Made by a program: the position numbers and the translations under genes | Part shown: one piece after another, positions 35,101-42,693 of the stretch | How positions within the stretch are numbered: position 1 is the first letter of the stretch | How the letters are laid out: the number at the start of each line of letters is the position of its first letter | The notes under the pieces: generated by a model | Told to the model about the DNA's origin: nothing | The model's database searches: none | Seen by the model: only the letters and a program-made list of their open reading frames with translations | DNA from: Bacteroidales bacterium | Lineage (GTDB): Bacteria > Bacteroidota > Bacteroidia > Bacteroidales > F082 | Assembly: GCA_017549605.1 (NCBI GenBank) | Contig: JAFYUH010000137.1 | Coordinates: 1-61,061, forward strand | DNA: 61,061 nucleotides | Direction: 5' to 3'

Positions 35101-35441
35101 TTCATTTTATCTCTTTTCTTAAGATATTCTTGTTGAGAGATCTTGATGTTAGGTGCGATGCCTAATGCTTTTGGGTCTGACTTTCCGGCAATATATTGGG
35201 TGGCAATTATTTCACCATCGGTGTTTGTCGTTGCATATACAAAAAAGCCGTTTTCTGCTTGGATGATGGTATAGCCGTTGATGTCGTGAAGACGGCTGTA
35301 GAATTCATCGCCGGATGCGTAACAATGTAATGTTGTGCCGTCAGGCTGTGTTAATATTCTTTCAACGTTTTTAAAAGGCGCAGCATTGATAGTTGTTAGA
35401 AGTAGTAGTAATAATGTGGTGAATAGCAGTCTTATTTTCAT
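32097..35441 (-). CDS. M6 (immune inhibitor A-like) zinc metalloprotease with FN3 units and T9SS sorting domain
   Basis: 1114 aa with a signal peptide and the zincin motif 'HEMAHSLGFPDLY'. It also has FN3-like 'SYNVYRDG' / 'SYNIYRGD' units, a Pro/Glu linker, and the C-terminal domain 'LYPNPTNDYVNIY...GLYLIQVVT'. Confidence 0.75.
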   Translation of the reverse strand: MKIRLLFTTLLLLLLTTINAAPFKNVERILTQPDGTTLHCYASGDEFYSRLHDINGYTIIQAENGFFVYATTNTDGEIIATQYIAGKSDPKALGIAPNIKISQQEYLKKRDKMKITPTRDLVGLNHGVYNNLVVFIKFKGDDDFKTSQTKIDSMFNYNGYYDISMNNYFKKATYNQLSMESYCYPKADGDKILAYEDIYTRNYYRPYNKTSNPDGYKENDRGPREFALLKRAIEHIADEVPDTLNIDRNEDGLIDNVIFVVKGNVGDWSDLLWPHMWQLHGEDVYIHNKRVMGFNFQLETSTYFTVSTLCHEMAHSLGFPDLYHYNQDYEHLSPTGPWDLMCNNSNPPQHSATYMKYKYGTWIEDIPEIGYGTYTIEANSWEGGRRNCYKIPTSDPDQFYLVEYRNDNNIFEKGLPTGGLLIYRLDTRFNGCIEYNGKDILDELYIFRPGGTYKKNGSINLAAFSADNKKTAFNSTTDPYPFLNINEKDNDLNICNISAKGDQMTFSYLPANSEIIPTNLLANVNKDKYVELKWDSVANVDSYNVYRDGSLIASDVTENHYNDEYHSISEGYHRYHVTSNSNGKESFHSNEEKIITGDYCEYIFDMNCTGENGWQGGEITLSFNNEMDDIYLTMYSGDNKKQSVVVPANTEIYVKWTPGWDDTECSFSINANGNDIYKSETLTEGLLTTINCEGSGSCIPPKNLIAIVSSPYIDLQWSSHVESDSYMVLRNGEVIADNIISNYYTDKTINNSGTYSYAIISKRGDCTSLPSDTTTATILNYNRNIIDIVATSENNFVKLEWNVDPSKSTHSINYDDGKYVTSIGGSSNTWGIMVPAENLNIYEGAKITGIEIFDATETTYNFNIYNGNKPGNDNLIHNEAFKTNNTNEFVSFKLSKKVNFDSNQNLWLTAKSAGTSNPPIPCGEFVGLENSNMIKSGTSWKSASEFNMNYSWLIRLHIEQDEDFVNSLSYNIYRGDSLIASDITSTTFTDPEEKNIGDSICYNIGVVYKNADILYSDKACLVVTPTEPEPEPEDPEPEEDKSPKLYPNPTNDYVNIYDDSIRNVRIYSITGNLLLEENVNCNKLEIDMRGFSQGLYLIQVVTETETRVYKVIRN

Positions 35442-35457
35442 ATTATGTTTGTTTTGT

Positions 35458-36135
35458 TTATTCTTTTTCCATTCCTTCCAATACGATGACGATCTCGCCC
35501 TTGACTTCTTTTTGGCTGAAGTGTGCTATCACTTCTTCGAGAGTGCCTCTTGCGTTCTCTTCGTAAATCTTTGTCAGTTCTCTAGCTACAGATACGCGTC
35601 TGTCAGGACCGCATACCTCAGCAAGTTGTTGTAAAGTCTTGAGGAGACGGAAAGGCGATTCGTATAATATTGTGGTATAATGGTTTTTGGCTATTTCGTT
35701 AATCTTGGTCTGTCTTCCTTTTTTATGAGGGAGGAAACCTTCGAAGATGAAATGGTCTGCCGACAGTCCGGAGTTGACGAGAGCTGGGACGAAGGCTGTA
35801 GCGCCTGGGAGACACTCGACTTCAGCGCCGAGTCTGAGGCATTCTCTTACAAGAAGAAATCCAGGGTCGGAGATGCCAGGTGTGCCTGCGTCTGTTACGA
35901 GAGCCATGCGTTCGCCTGCTACGATACGTTCAGCGAGAGCTGTCACAACCTTATGTTCGTTGTTGATATGGAAAGCAGACATCGGCTTGCTGATGCTGTA
36001 ATGTCTTAATAAGTTACCGCTTGTGCGGGTGTCTTCTGCTAATATAACATCCACTTCCTCACGTAAGATACGTAACGCGCGCAAAGTGATGTCTTCTAAA
36101 TTTCCTATAGGTGTCGGTACTAGATATAGTTTCAT
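35458..36135 (-). CDS. rsmI: 16S rRNA (cytidine1402-2'-O)-methyltransferase
   Basis: 225 aa. The N-terminus 'LYLVPTPIGNLEDITLRALRIL...ILAEDTR' is the RsmI signature. Confidence 0.9.
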   Translation of the reverse strand: MKLYLVPTPIGNLEDITLRALRILREEVDVILAEDTRTSGNLLRHYSISKPMSAFHINNEHKVVTALAERIVAGERMALVTDAGTPGISDPGFLLVRECLRLGAEVECLPGATAFVPALVNSGLSADHFIFEGFLPHKKGRQTKINEIAKNHYTTILYESPFRLLKTLQQLAEVCGPDRRVSVARELTKIYEENARGTLEEVIAHFSQKEVKGEIVIVLEGMEKE

Positions 36136-36143
36136 TTTTTTTT

Positions 36144-36211
36144 AATTCATAATTCACAATTCACAATGCATAATCAGTAAAATTATGAATTATGCATTAT
36201 GAATTATGCAT
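36144..36211. repeat. Hairpin of AATTCA[TC]A words facing TATGAAT/TATGCAT heptamers x4
   Basis: 'aattcataattcacaattcacaatgcataat cagtaaa attatgaattatgcattatgaattatgcatt'. Confidence 0.8.
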
Positions 36212-36214
36212 TGT

Positions 36215-37204
36215 TTATATAAATCTTCTTTCAACTAAGTCGTTTAATTTCTTATAAGCTTCAGAGGTGCAATCCCATTGGAATTCAATCTGAAGCTCGC
36301 TCATATAAGTCTTGGCTCCCAATAAAGTGGAGAAGCTGTTCAATGATCTTATGGACTTGTTATATTTCTCCATGCTTCCGCCAAACAATTCATTGAGGAA
36401 TAAGAACTTGTCGTTGATGCCTATTGCTGTTATCAAGTCTGACACAGGCTTGCGTTGCAGACGAGCGGCGAGACTCTTGTCCTCGCTTTGTTCCAGCATG
36501 TCGCCAAGTGTTGGGATATTCTCTCTTATTATACGATAAGCCCTGATGCCAGAGTCCTCTTCTTTTTCAGAAACTTCCTTTTTGGAATCAACGGCAGTAT
36601 CGCTTAATGAATCAGTGATGGGATCTTCTTCTTCTTCTTCAGTATCAGAAACTTCATCTTCTTCAAAGTCCTCAACTCCTAACTCCTCACTCCTCACTCC
36701 TAACTCTTCAGACGCCACAGGAGTGACGTCTCTACATTCTTCAATTCCTAATTCCTCACTCCTAACTCCTAACTCCTCAGATGCCACAGGAGTGACGTCT
36801 CTACGTTCTTCAATTCCTAACTCTTCTTTGGTGAAATCCCAAACCATATCAGCTTCCTCATCGCTTTCCTCTTCATTTCCAAAGTCAATGAGTTCATTGT
36901 CATCATTATCTTCATCTTCAAACTCCTCAACTCCTAACACCTCATTCCTAACTCCTAATTCTTCAGACGCCACAGGAGTGACGTCTCTACGTTCTTCAAT
37001 TCCTAACTCCTCATTCCTAACTCCTAATTCAATGGAACAAATCGTGTCGTATAATTTTCTTGTATTTTCCATCAATAAATCGACATCAAGTTGATTCATC
37101 GGCATCTCTTTTCTAATCAGAAAATTAACCTGATTAGACATCTTGTTTAGCAATGTTTCTATTTCAAAAATTATACGGTCTTGCTGATTATTTCGTTGTT
37201 CCAT
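36215..37204 (-). CDS. Hypothetical acidic protein carrying three in-frame palindromic-element copies
   Basis: 329-aa ORF with ordinary-looking N- and C-terminal parts. The central third consists of 'EELGIEE(R/C)RDVTPVASEELGVR(N/S)E' x3, encoded by the same DNA as the intergenic element at 29461..29511. No family was recognised. Confidence 0.55.
   Translation of the reverse strand: MEQRNNQQDRIIFEIETLLNKMSNQVNFLIRKEMPMNQLDVDLLMENTRKLYDTICSIELGVRNEELGIEERRDVTPVASEELGVRNEVLGVEEFEDEDNDDNELIDFGNEEESDEEADMVWDFTKEELGIEERRDVTPVASEELGVRSEELGIEECRDVTPVASEELGVRSEELGVEDFEEDEVSDTEEEEEDPITDSLSDTAVDSKKEVSEKEEDSGIRAYRIIRENIPTLGDMLEQSEDKSLAARLQRKPVSDLITAIGINDKFLFLNELFGGSMEKYNKSIRSLNSFSTLLGAKTYMSELQIEFQWDCTSEAYKKLNDLVERRFI
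36670..37030. repeat. Three in-CDS copies of [CCTAACT]n + 'agacgccacaggagtgacgtctctac' + TTCCTAA words
   Basis: The cores lie at 36710..36735, 36779..36804 (one substitution, 'agatgcc') and 36965..36990. Confidence 0.85.
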
Positions 37205-37217
37205 GATAAAATTTTTT

Positions 37218-37225
37218 TACTTTTG
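37218..37225 (+). promoter_or_regulatory. -7 box candidate for the OMP gene
   Basis: 'TACTTTTG' lies in the divergent spacer. Confidence 0.4.
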
Positions 37226-37235
37226 CTTGGCAGAA

Positions 37236-37243
37236 CAAAAATA
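37236..37243 (-). promoter_or_regulatory. -7 box candidate for the hypothetical-rsmI-M6 gene string
   Basis: The minus strand reads 'TATTTTTG', 32 nt upstream of the ATG at 37204. Confidence 0.4.
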
Positions 37244-37301
37244 CATTTTTTTTAGATAGGTTTTTACCTATAACGATTAAAAAACGATAATAATATAAGT
37301 T

Positions 37302-38741
37302 ATGAAAAGAAGCAGAAAATTATTGGCAGTGGTATCGATATTATTGATGTCATTTGCATTGCAAGCTCAAGACAGTATTCAGAATAATGATAACGGAAAG
37401 AAGAAAGAGAAGGTTTATAACGAGAAGGGCGAGCTTATCAAAAAAGGCTGGAACTTCGGTCCTCTTCCTGTCGTTGGTTTCAATTCTGACCTCGGTTTCC
37501 AATATGGTGCCTGCGTCGACATCTTCAACTACGGCGACGGTTCTCGCTATCCAAAATTCGATTATAAAATGAACCTCGAGGCTTCAGCCTACACAAAAGG
37601 TTCTCTCAACTTACGTTTCTATGGTGATTTCTATAACCTTATGCCAAACTCTCGTCTCTTCGTTGACGCTGGTTATTTCACCGACAAACGTTTTGAATTC
37701 TACGGCTTCAACGGATTTGCTTCGCCTTATTATGATGACATTTACGTTTTAGGTCAACAGACAACAGACAACGGTCAACAGTTGATTGAAAATTTTGATC
37801 CTAATTTCAACAGCGTGTTCTACAGAATGGATCGTAAACAATTCAGATTCAACTCATGTTTGCGCAATAAATTCGGTTTCGGAGAGCATTTCTATTATGG
37901 CGTAGGTCTCAGTTATTTCAACTATAACATGGGAAGAATCAATATTCACAACGAAGAATATCTTTATGACGAACAAATTACATTGTTTGAATTATATCGC
38001 GAAAGCGGTCTAATCAGAGCTAACGAAGCTGACGGTGGTAATGTCACTCAATTGAAACTTGCTTTCATCTACGATTCCAAAAACCACGACAGCGACCCAA
38101 CCAAAGGTGCTTACTTTGAAGCAACAGTGACAGCAGCTCCTGATTTTATCGACCGTGAAGGTTACAATCACATGACTTTCAATGCTGTATGGCAACATTA
38201 TATTCCAATCGTAAAGGAAAACCTTACATTCGCTTATCGTCTCGTTACTCAAAATGTTATCGCTGGCGACATCCCTTATTACGCTATGTTTAACTCAAAT
38301 ATGTTGTTCTATAAAAAGATGTCTACCGACGCTATGGGCGGTGCAAACTCAGTACGTGGCATCAACAGAAACAGAGTCATCGGCGCTGGTTACGCTTGGC
38401 TTAACGCAGAGCTCCGCTGGAAAGTGGCTGGTTTCCAATTCATCAACCAAAACTGGAACGTCGCTCTTAACCCATTCTTCGATGCAGGTATGGTGACACA
38501 AAGTTATCGCCTTGAAGAACAAGAAAAGGCTTGGTCAGAAATAGAAAAACAATATGACATTATAGGTAACAATAACCTCATCATCGACAGCTACACTAAG
38601 GGCATTCACACTTCTGCTGGTTGCGGCTTGAAACTCATCATGAATAAGAATTTCATCATCTCTGCTGAAGCAGCAAAGGCTCTCGACGCAAGAGACGGCG
38701 ACAACTTGAAGGTTTATATAGGATTTAATTACCTCTTCTAA
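37302..38741 (+). CDS. Outer-membrane beta-barrel protein (Omp85/surface-antigen-like)
   Basis: 479 aa with a signal peptide, an alternating beta-strand pattern and a C-terminal '...YIGFNYLF' aromatic terminus. The family assignment is tentative. Confidence 0.55.
   Translation: MKRSRKLLAVVSILLMSFALQAQDSIQNNDNGKKKEKVYNEKGELIKKGWNFGPLPVVGFNSDLGFQYGACVDIFNYGDGSRYPKFDYKMNLEASAYTKGSLNLRFYGDFYNLMPNSRLFVDAGYFTDKRFEFYGFNGFASPYYDDIYVLGQQTTDNGQQLIENFDPNFNSVFYRMDRKQFRFNSCLRNKFGFGEHFYYGVGLSYFNYNMGRINIHNEEYLYDEQITLFELYRESGLIRANEADGGNVTQLKLAFIYDSKNHDSDPTKGAYFEATVTAAPDFIDREGYNHMTFNAVWQHYIPIVKENLTFAYRLVTQNVIAGDIPYYAMFNSNMLFYKKMSTDAMGGANSVRGINRNRVIGAGYAWLNAELRWKVAGFQFINQNWNVALNPFFDAGMVTQSYRLEEQEKAWSEIEKQYDIIGNNNLIIDSYTKGIHTSAGCGLKLIMNKNFIISAEAAKALDARDGDNLKVYIGFNYLF
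37753..37781 (+). repeat. CAACAGA/CAACGGT heptamer words inside the OMP CDS
   Basis: 'gtcaacagacaacagacaacggtcaacag' encodes 'GQQTTDNGQQ'. Confidence 0.85.
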
Positions 38742-38864
38742 AGGCTACTAAAGGCAAAGGACTAAAGACAAATGTTGGGGAAAACTGTTGTCTGTTGACT
38801 TTTTTTAAAAAAAGTTTGAACAAAATTAACATTAGAAATATTTAATACTCAAAATTACATTCAT

Positions 38865-39923
38865 ATGAAAACATTGAAAAAACTAACTCTGATGATGGTT
38901 GTATTCATGATGACAGCAACCATGGCATTTGCTCAAAAACCAAACATCCGCATTCTTGCAACAGGCGGCACTATCGCTGGCGCTGGCGGCTCATCAACAG
39001 CAACAAACTACACTGCTGGTCAGATGGCTATCGCTACATTGCTCGAAGCAGTTCCTGAATTACAGAATATCGCTAACTGCGAAGGCGAACAGGTCGTACG
39101 CATTGGCTCACAAGACATGAGCGACGAAGTATGGCTTATCTTGGCAAAAAGAATCAATGAATTATTACAAGATCCTAACGTAGACGGTATCGTCATCACT
39201 CACGGAACCGACACTATGGAAGAGACAGCTTACTTCTTGAACCTCACAGTAAAGAGCGACAAACCTGTCGTTATGGTTGGTGCAATGCGTCCTTCAACAG
39301 CTATCAGCGCTGACGGTCCTCGTAACCTCTACAACGCTGTCGTAACAGCTGCTGCTCCTGAATCAAAAGGCAAAGGTGTTCTCGTTGTTATGAACGACAA
39401 CATCCTCGGCGCAGAAAGCGTGACAAAAATGCACACAACAGGTGTTCAGACATTCCAAGCTCCTAACGCTGGCCCTCTCGGCTACGTATTCAACAGCAAG
39501 GTTTTCTACAACCAACAACCTCTTAAAAAGCACACAACAGAAACAGTATTCGATGTTACTAACTTAGACAAATTACCAAAAGTCGGTATCGTTTACAGCC
39601 ACTCAAACATCAATCCTGATATGGTTGAACCAATGTTGAAAAACGACTATAAAGGTATCATCCACGCTGGCGTCGGTAATGGCAACATCCACAAAGACGT
39701 ATTCCCAGTATTAGAAAAAGCTCGTAAAAAAGGTATCCAAGTCGTTCGCTCATCACGCGTTCCAACAGGACCTAGCACACTCGACAATGAAGTTGATGAC
39801 GCTTACTATCAATTCGTAGCTTCACAACAACTCAACCCACAAAAAGCTCGTATCTTATTGATGCTCGCTTTGACACAAACAGATGACTGGAAACAAATCC
39901 AAGAATACTTCAATCAATATTAA
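38865..39923 (+). CDS. ansB: L-asparaginase type II (periplasmic)
   Basis: 352 aa with a signal peptide and the motifs 'ILATGGTIAG' and 'HGTDTMEETAYFL'. Confidence 0.92.
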   Translation: MKTLKKLTLMMVVFMMTATMAFAQKPNIRILATGGTIAGAGGSSTATNYTAGQMAIATLLEAVPELQNIANCEGEQVVRIGSQDMSDEVWLILAKRINELLQDPNVDGIVITHGTDTMEETAYFLNLTVKSDKPVVMVGAMRPSTAISADGPRNLYNAVVTAAAPESKGKGVLVVMNDNILGAESVTKMHTTGVQTFQAPNAGPLGYVFNSKVFYNQQPLKKHTTETVFDVTNLDKLPKVGIVYSHSNINPDMVEPMLKNDYKGIIHAGVGNGNIHKDVFPVLEKARKKGIQVVRSSRVPTGPSTLDNEVDDAYYQFVASQQLNPQKARILLMLALTQTDDWKQIQEYFNQY

Positions 39924-39926
39924 AAA

Positions 39927-40009
39927 ACTTTGAACCTTGAACTCTGAGCCCTGAACTTTGAACTAAGAACTTAAGGCTCAATGCTCAAAGCTCAAAGCTC
40001 AAGGTTCTC
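39927..40009. repeat. Hairpin of TTGAAC/CTGAGC words facing GCTCAA[AG] words after ansB
   Basis: 'ctttgaaccttgaactctgagccctgaactttgaactaagaacttaaggctcaatgctcaaagctcaaagctcaaggttctc'. Confidence 0.75.
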
Positions 40010-40026
40010 AAAAAAAAAGTGCTATT

Positions 40027-41223
40027 ATGAAAAAACTATTTACACTATTACTCGTGGCATTGTGTGTGCTCGGAGTAAACGCTCAGGAAAAATCTTTGTA
40101 TGAAGAACTCTCAGGTGTAAAGAAAAAGACAGACAAGTTCAATCTTTACATGAACATGAACGGCAGCTTCGACGCTATGTTTAACGCTGATGGCTTCGAC
40201 CAAGGCAAGTTCAATATGCGTCAGCTTCGTATCGAGTCAAAAGGTAATGTCAACGATTGGCTTTCATATCGCTGGCGTCAACGCCTCAACCGTCCTAACA
40301 ACGGCGGCGGCAATATCGACAACCTTCCTACTTCAATCGACATCGCTGGTATCGGCGTTAAGTTGAGCAATCAATGGTCACTTTTCTTAGGTAAACAATG
40401 TGCAGCTTACGGCGGTTTTGAATTCGACGCTAACCCTATCGAAATCTACGAATACAGCGACATGATTGAATACATGAGCAACTTCATGACAGGTGTTAAT
40501 ATCGGTTATGACTTCATGCCTGGACAACAAATCAACTTCCAAATCTTGAACAGCTTGAACGGTCCTTTCGAAAGCATGTATGGAACATTCTCTCCAGAAC
40601 AGTCACATTGGCTCCCTGGTGGTGAAGTTATCGTTGCAACTCCTTCAAAACTTCCTTTGGTTTATACTTTAAACTGGAACGGTAATTTCAGCGATGTTTA
40701 TAAGACACGCTGGTCAGCTTCTATCATGAGTCAAGGTGAAGGAACAAAAGGTGCCAAAAACTTATATTACTTCGCATTAGGTAATGAATTCACATTTGGC
40801 AAGTTCAATATGTACATCGACCTTATGTATTCAAGCGACGATATCGACCGTAGCGGTATCATGACAGAAATAGTTGGTCAAGTACAAGGTCACAATGTAT
40901 TTAATGCCAATTATTTGTCATTAGTTTCTAAGTTGAACTATCGTTTTGCTGATAAATGGAATGTCTTTGTTAAAGGTATGTATGAGACAGCATCTATCAA
41001 AGATTTTACAGATCCAGGAGATTATCCAGGTATAAAGAATGGCAAATACCGCACTTCATTAGGTTATCTCGGCGGCATCGAATATTATCCAATGGAAAGC
41101 AATTTGCACTTCTTCTTGACATACGTTGGACGTCATTACATATATGAAGAAATAGCAAACAAAGCTGATTATAGCACAAACCGCGTTTCTTTAGGTTTCA
41201 TCTATCAGCTTCCAATGTTCTAA
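40027..41223 (+). CDS. Putative porin / beta-barrel outer-membrane protein
   Basis: 398 aa with a signal peptide, amphipathic strand periodicity and a C-terminal 'GFIYQLPMF'. The subfamily (possibly phosphate-selective porin O/P-like) is not certain. Confidence 0.5.
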   Translation: MKKLFTLLLVALCVLGVNAQEKSLYEELSGVKKKTDKFNLYMNMNGSFDAMFNADGFDQGKFNMRQLRIESKGNVNDWLSYRWRQRLNRPNNGGGNIDNLPTSIDIAGIGVKLSNQWSLFLGKQCAAYGGFEFDANPIEIYEYSDMIEYMSNFMTGVNIGYDFMPGQQINFQILNSLNGPFESMYGTFSPEQSHWLPGGEVIVATPSKLPLVYTLNWNGNFSDVYKTRWSASIMSQGEGTKGAKNLYYFALGNEFTFGKFNMYIDLMYSSDDIDRSGIMTEIVGQVQGHNVFNANYLSLVSKLNYRFADKWNVFVKGMYETASIKDFTDPGDYPGIKNGKYRTSLGYLGGIEYYPMESNLHFFLTYVGRHYIYEEIANKADYSTNRVSLGFIYQLPMF

Positions 41224-41267
41224 TGCTAAGCAATGAGCCCTGAGCAATGGGCGTCTCATAAAATGAA

Positions 41268-41300
41268 AAGGCTAAAGTGTAAAAACTCTAGCCTTTTTTA
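41268..41300. terminator. Bidirectional hairpin terminator between convergent porin and acyltransferase genes
   Basis: 'aaaaggcta aagtgtaaaaactc tagcctttttt'. The stem is flanked by an A-run and a T-run, and nested inside outer TGAGC/GCTCA word arms. Confidence 0.6.
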
Positions 41301-41321
41301 TTACTATTATTTGCTCGTTGC

Positions 41322-42599
41322 TCACAGCCCACGGCTCATCGCACGAAGTTTCTTGTTAAACAGCCATCTAACATCTGACAGCCATCTTCTGAGGAACTCG
41401 GTGGCATCGACGAAGAATTCGTATGATACGTAATAGCAAATGCTGGTCAATGTTGCTTGTTCCCAAGGGAGGTTGCAGAATGACAAGACGAGGCATAATA
41501 TCATCAGCAATGGATGTAATACTGTCTCAACGCCGAAGCTTACTGTGTTGCCCCAAGCCTTGTCTTTGAAGCTGTTTTTTAAAATCATTGTGATAAGCCA
41601 TATTGGCAATGTGCCTACAGCTGAAGCAACGTAGGCTGGAATTCCGAGTAAAGCGACTAAAGTCTTCCATAATACAGTGCCACCGATGTTTTTCTTGGTG
41701 ACAGAGTAGATGGAAATCTTTTTCTTTTTACGTTCTTTAGTGAACTTATTGATTTTCTCGAAAGTCTCTTTTGCCTTTTCAGGTTCTCTTTCTTTCCATT
41801 CAAGGATTTCCTTGATGGTCTCCTGATTGCGTTTCAGACGTTCTGGAAGCGGTTCTAATAAATGGAATCTGTTTTTCAGCTTTGTCATTTCCCAGATCGC
41901 GTTGTAGTCTTCTTCGTTGTCAGGGATGAATGAAATCAGTTTTGACATGCGTTCTGAGAGCATCTCGCGTAAACCGTTCATGATGACGGCTTCGTTTTCT
42001 TCTTTATGTTGATTTACGTATTCTGTCACGTTGATAGGCTCGCCAATGTTTATCAAGGCTGTTGAGCGATAGCGGAAATAGTCGCCGTATTCTATGCCAG
42101 TAGGGATGATGTAGACAGGTTTCTCGTGACCGAACTGTTCGTTTGCTTTGAGCGCGATGTGGAAGATACCTTTGCTAAGTTGTTTCAAAGAGTGCTTGGT
42201 TCTGTGTGATGCTTCAGGATATAAGAAAAGCTTCACATTGTCGTGGATCACGTCGACGGCTTTGTCGATGATTTCCGAGTTGTTGTCTTTCACGCTTTTG
42301 AATCCGTCGCGAATTCTGTAGATAGGAAGAATGCGGCATAAGAACATCAATTTGGCAATGAAAGGCTTCTTGAAGATGTCGCCACGTGCGATGAAGACCT
42401 TCTTTTCTTTGGTCATGCTTAACAGCACTAAGGCATCCATCAAAGTGTTGGTATGGTTGGCGCTGAAGATGCAAGCAGCGTCTTGAGGAATGTTCTCTAA
42501 TCCGATGACTTTATAATGACTGAACGACTTGTGTAAGTGGTGGTCGATGAACGGCTTTGCACAATGGTAAAACAAGTTGTCGTCTTGAATCTTTGCCAT
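41322..42599 (-). CDS. Glycerolipid acyltransferase (PlsC-like domain) with C-terminal TM segments
   Basis: 425 aa. It has a PlsC-type block 'FSANHTNTLMDAL' and 'FPEASHRTK'-like motifs, plus a hydrophobic C-terminal third. The last 6 codons and the stop lie in a CTCACGG-type word repeat. Confidence 0.6.
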   Translation of the reverse strand: MAKIQDDNLFYHCAKPFIDHHLHKSFSHYKVIGLENIPQDAACIFSANHTNTLMDALVLLSMTKEKKVFIARGDIFKKPFIAKLMFLCRILPIYRIRDGFKSVKDNNSEIIDKAVDVIHDNVKLFLYPEASHRTKHSLKQLSKGIFHIALKANEQFGHEKPVYIIPTGIEYGDYFRYRSTALINIGEPINVTEYVNQHKEENEAVIMNGLREMLSERMSKLISFIPDNEEDYNAIWEMTKLKNRFHLLEPLPERLKRNQETIKEILEWKEREPEKAKETFEKINKFTKERKKKKISIYSVTKKNIGGTVLWKTLVALLGIPAYVASAVGTLPIWLITMILKNSFKDKAWGNTVSFGVETVLHPLLMILCLVLSFCNLPWEQATLTSICYYVSYEFFVDATEFLRRWLSDVRWLFNKKLRAMSRGL

Positions 42600-42624
42600 A
42601 ATCTTTAAATTTAAGTTAAAGTTA

Positions 42625-42632
42625 CAAATCTA
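42625..42632 (-). promoter_or_regulatory. -7 box candidate for the PlsC-like acyltransferase
   Basis: The minus strand reads 'TAGATTTG', 26 nt upstream of the ATG. Confidence 0.4.
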
Positions 42633-42666
42633 AAAAAAAATCATCTAACAAGGGTAGATATTTTTT

Positions 42667-42674
42667 TATTTTTG
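42667..42674 (+). promoter_or_regulatory. -7 box candidate for the FMN-binding membrane protein
   Basis: 'TATTTTTG' lies 19 nt upstream of the ATG. Confidence 0.4.
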
Positions 42675-42693
42675 TGTTCTGAATTTTTATGTC

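Noticed and set aside
36546-37094. 182-aa Ser-rich ORF on the plus strand over the repeat region
   Set aside because: It is open only because the repeat words lack stops in that frame. The minus-strand ORF spans the whole locus with non-repetitive N- and C-terminal domains and has a TAnnTTTG box upstream. The question is not fully settled without expression data.
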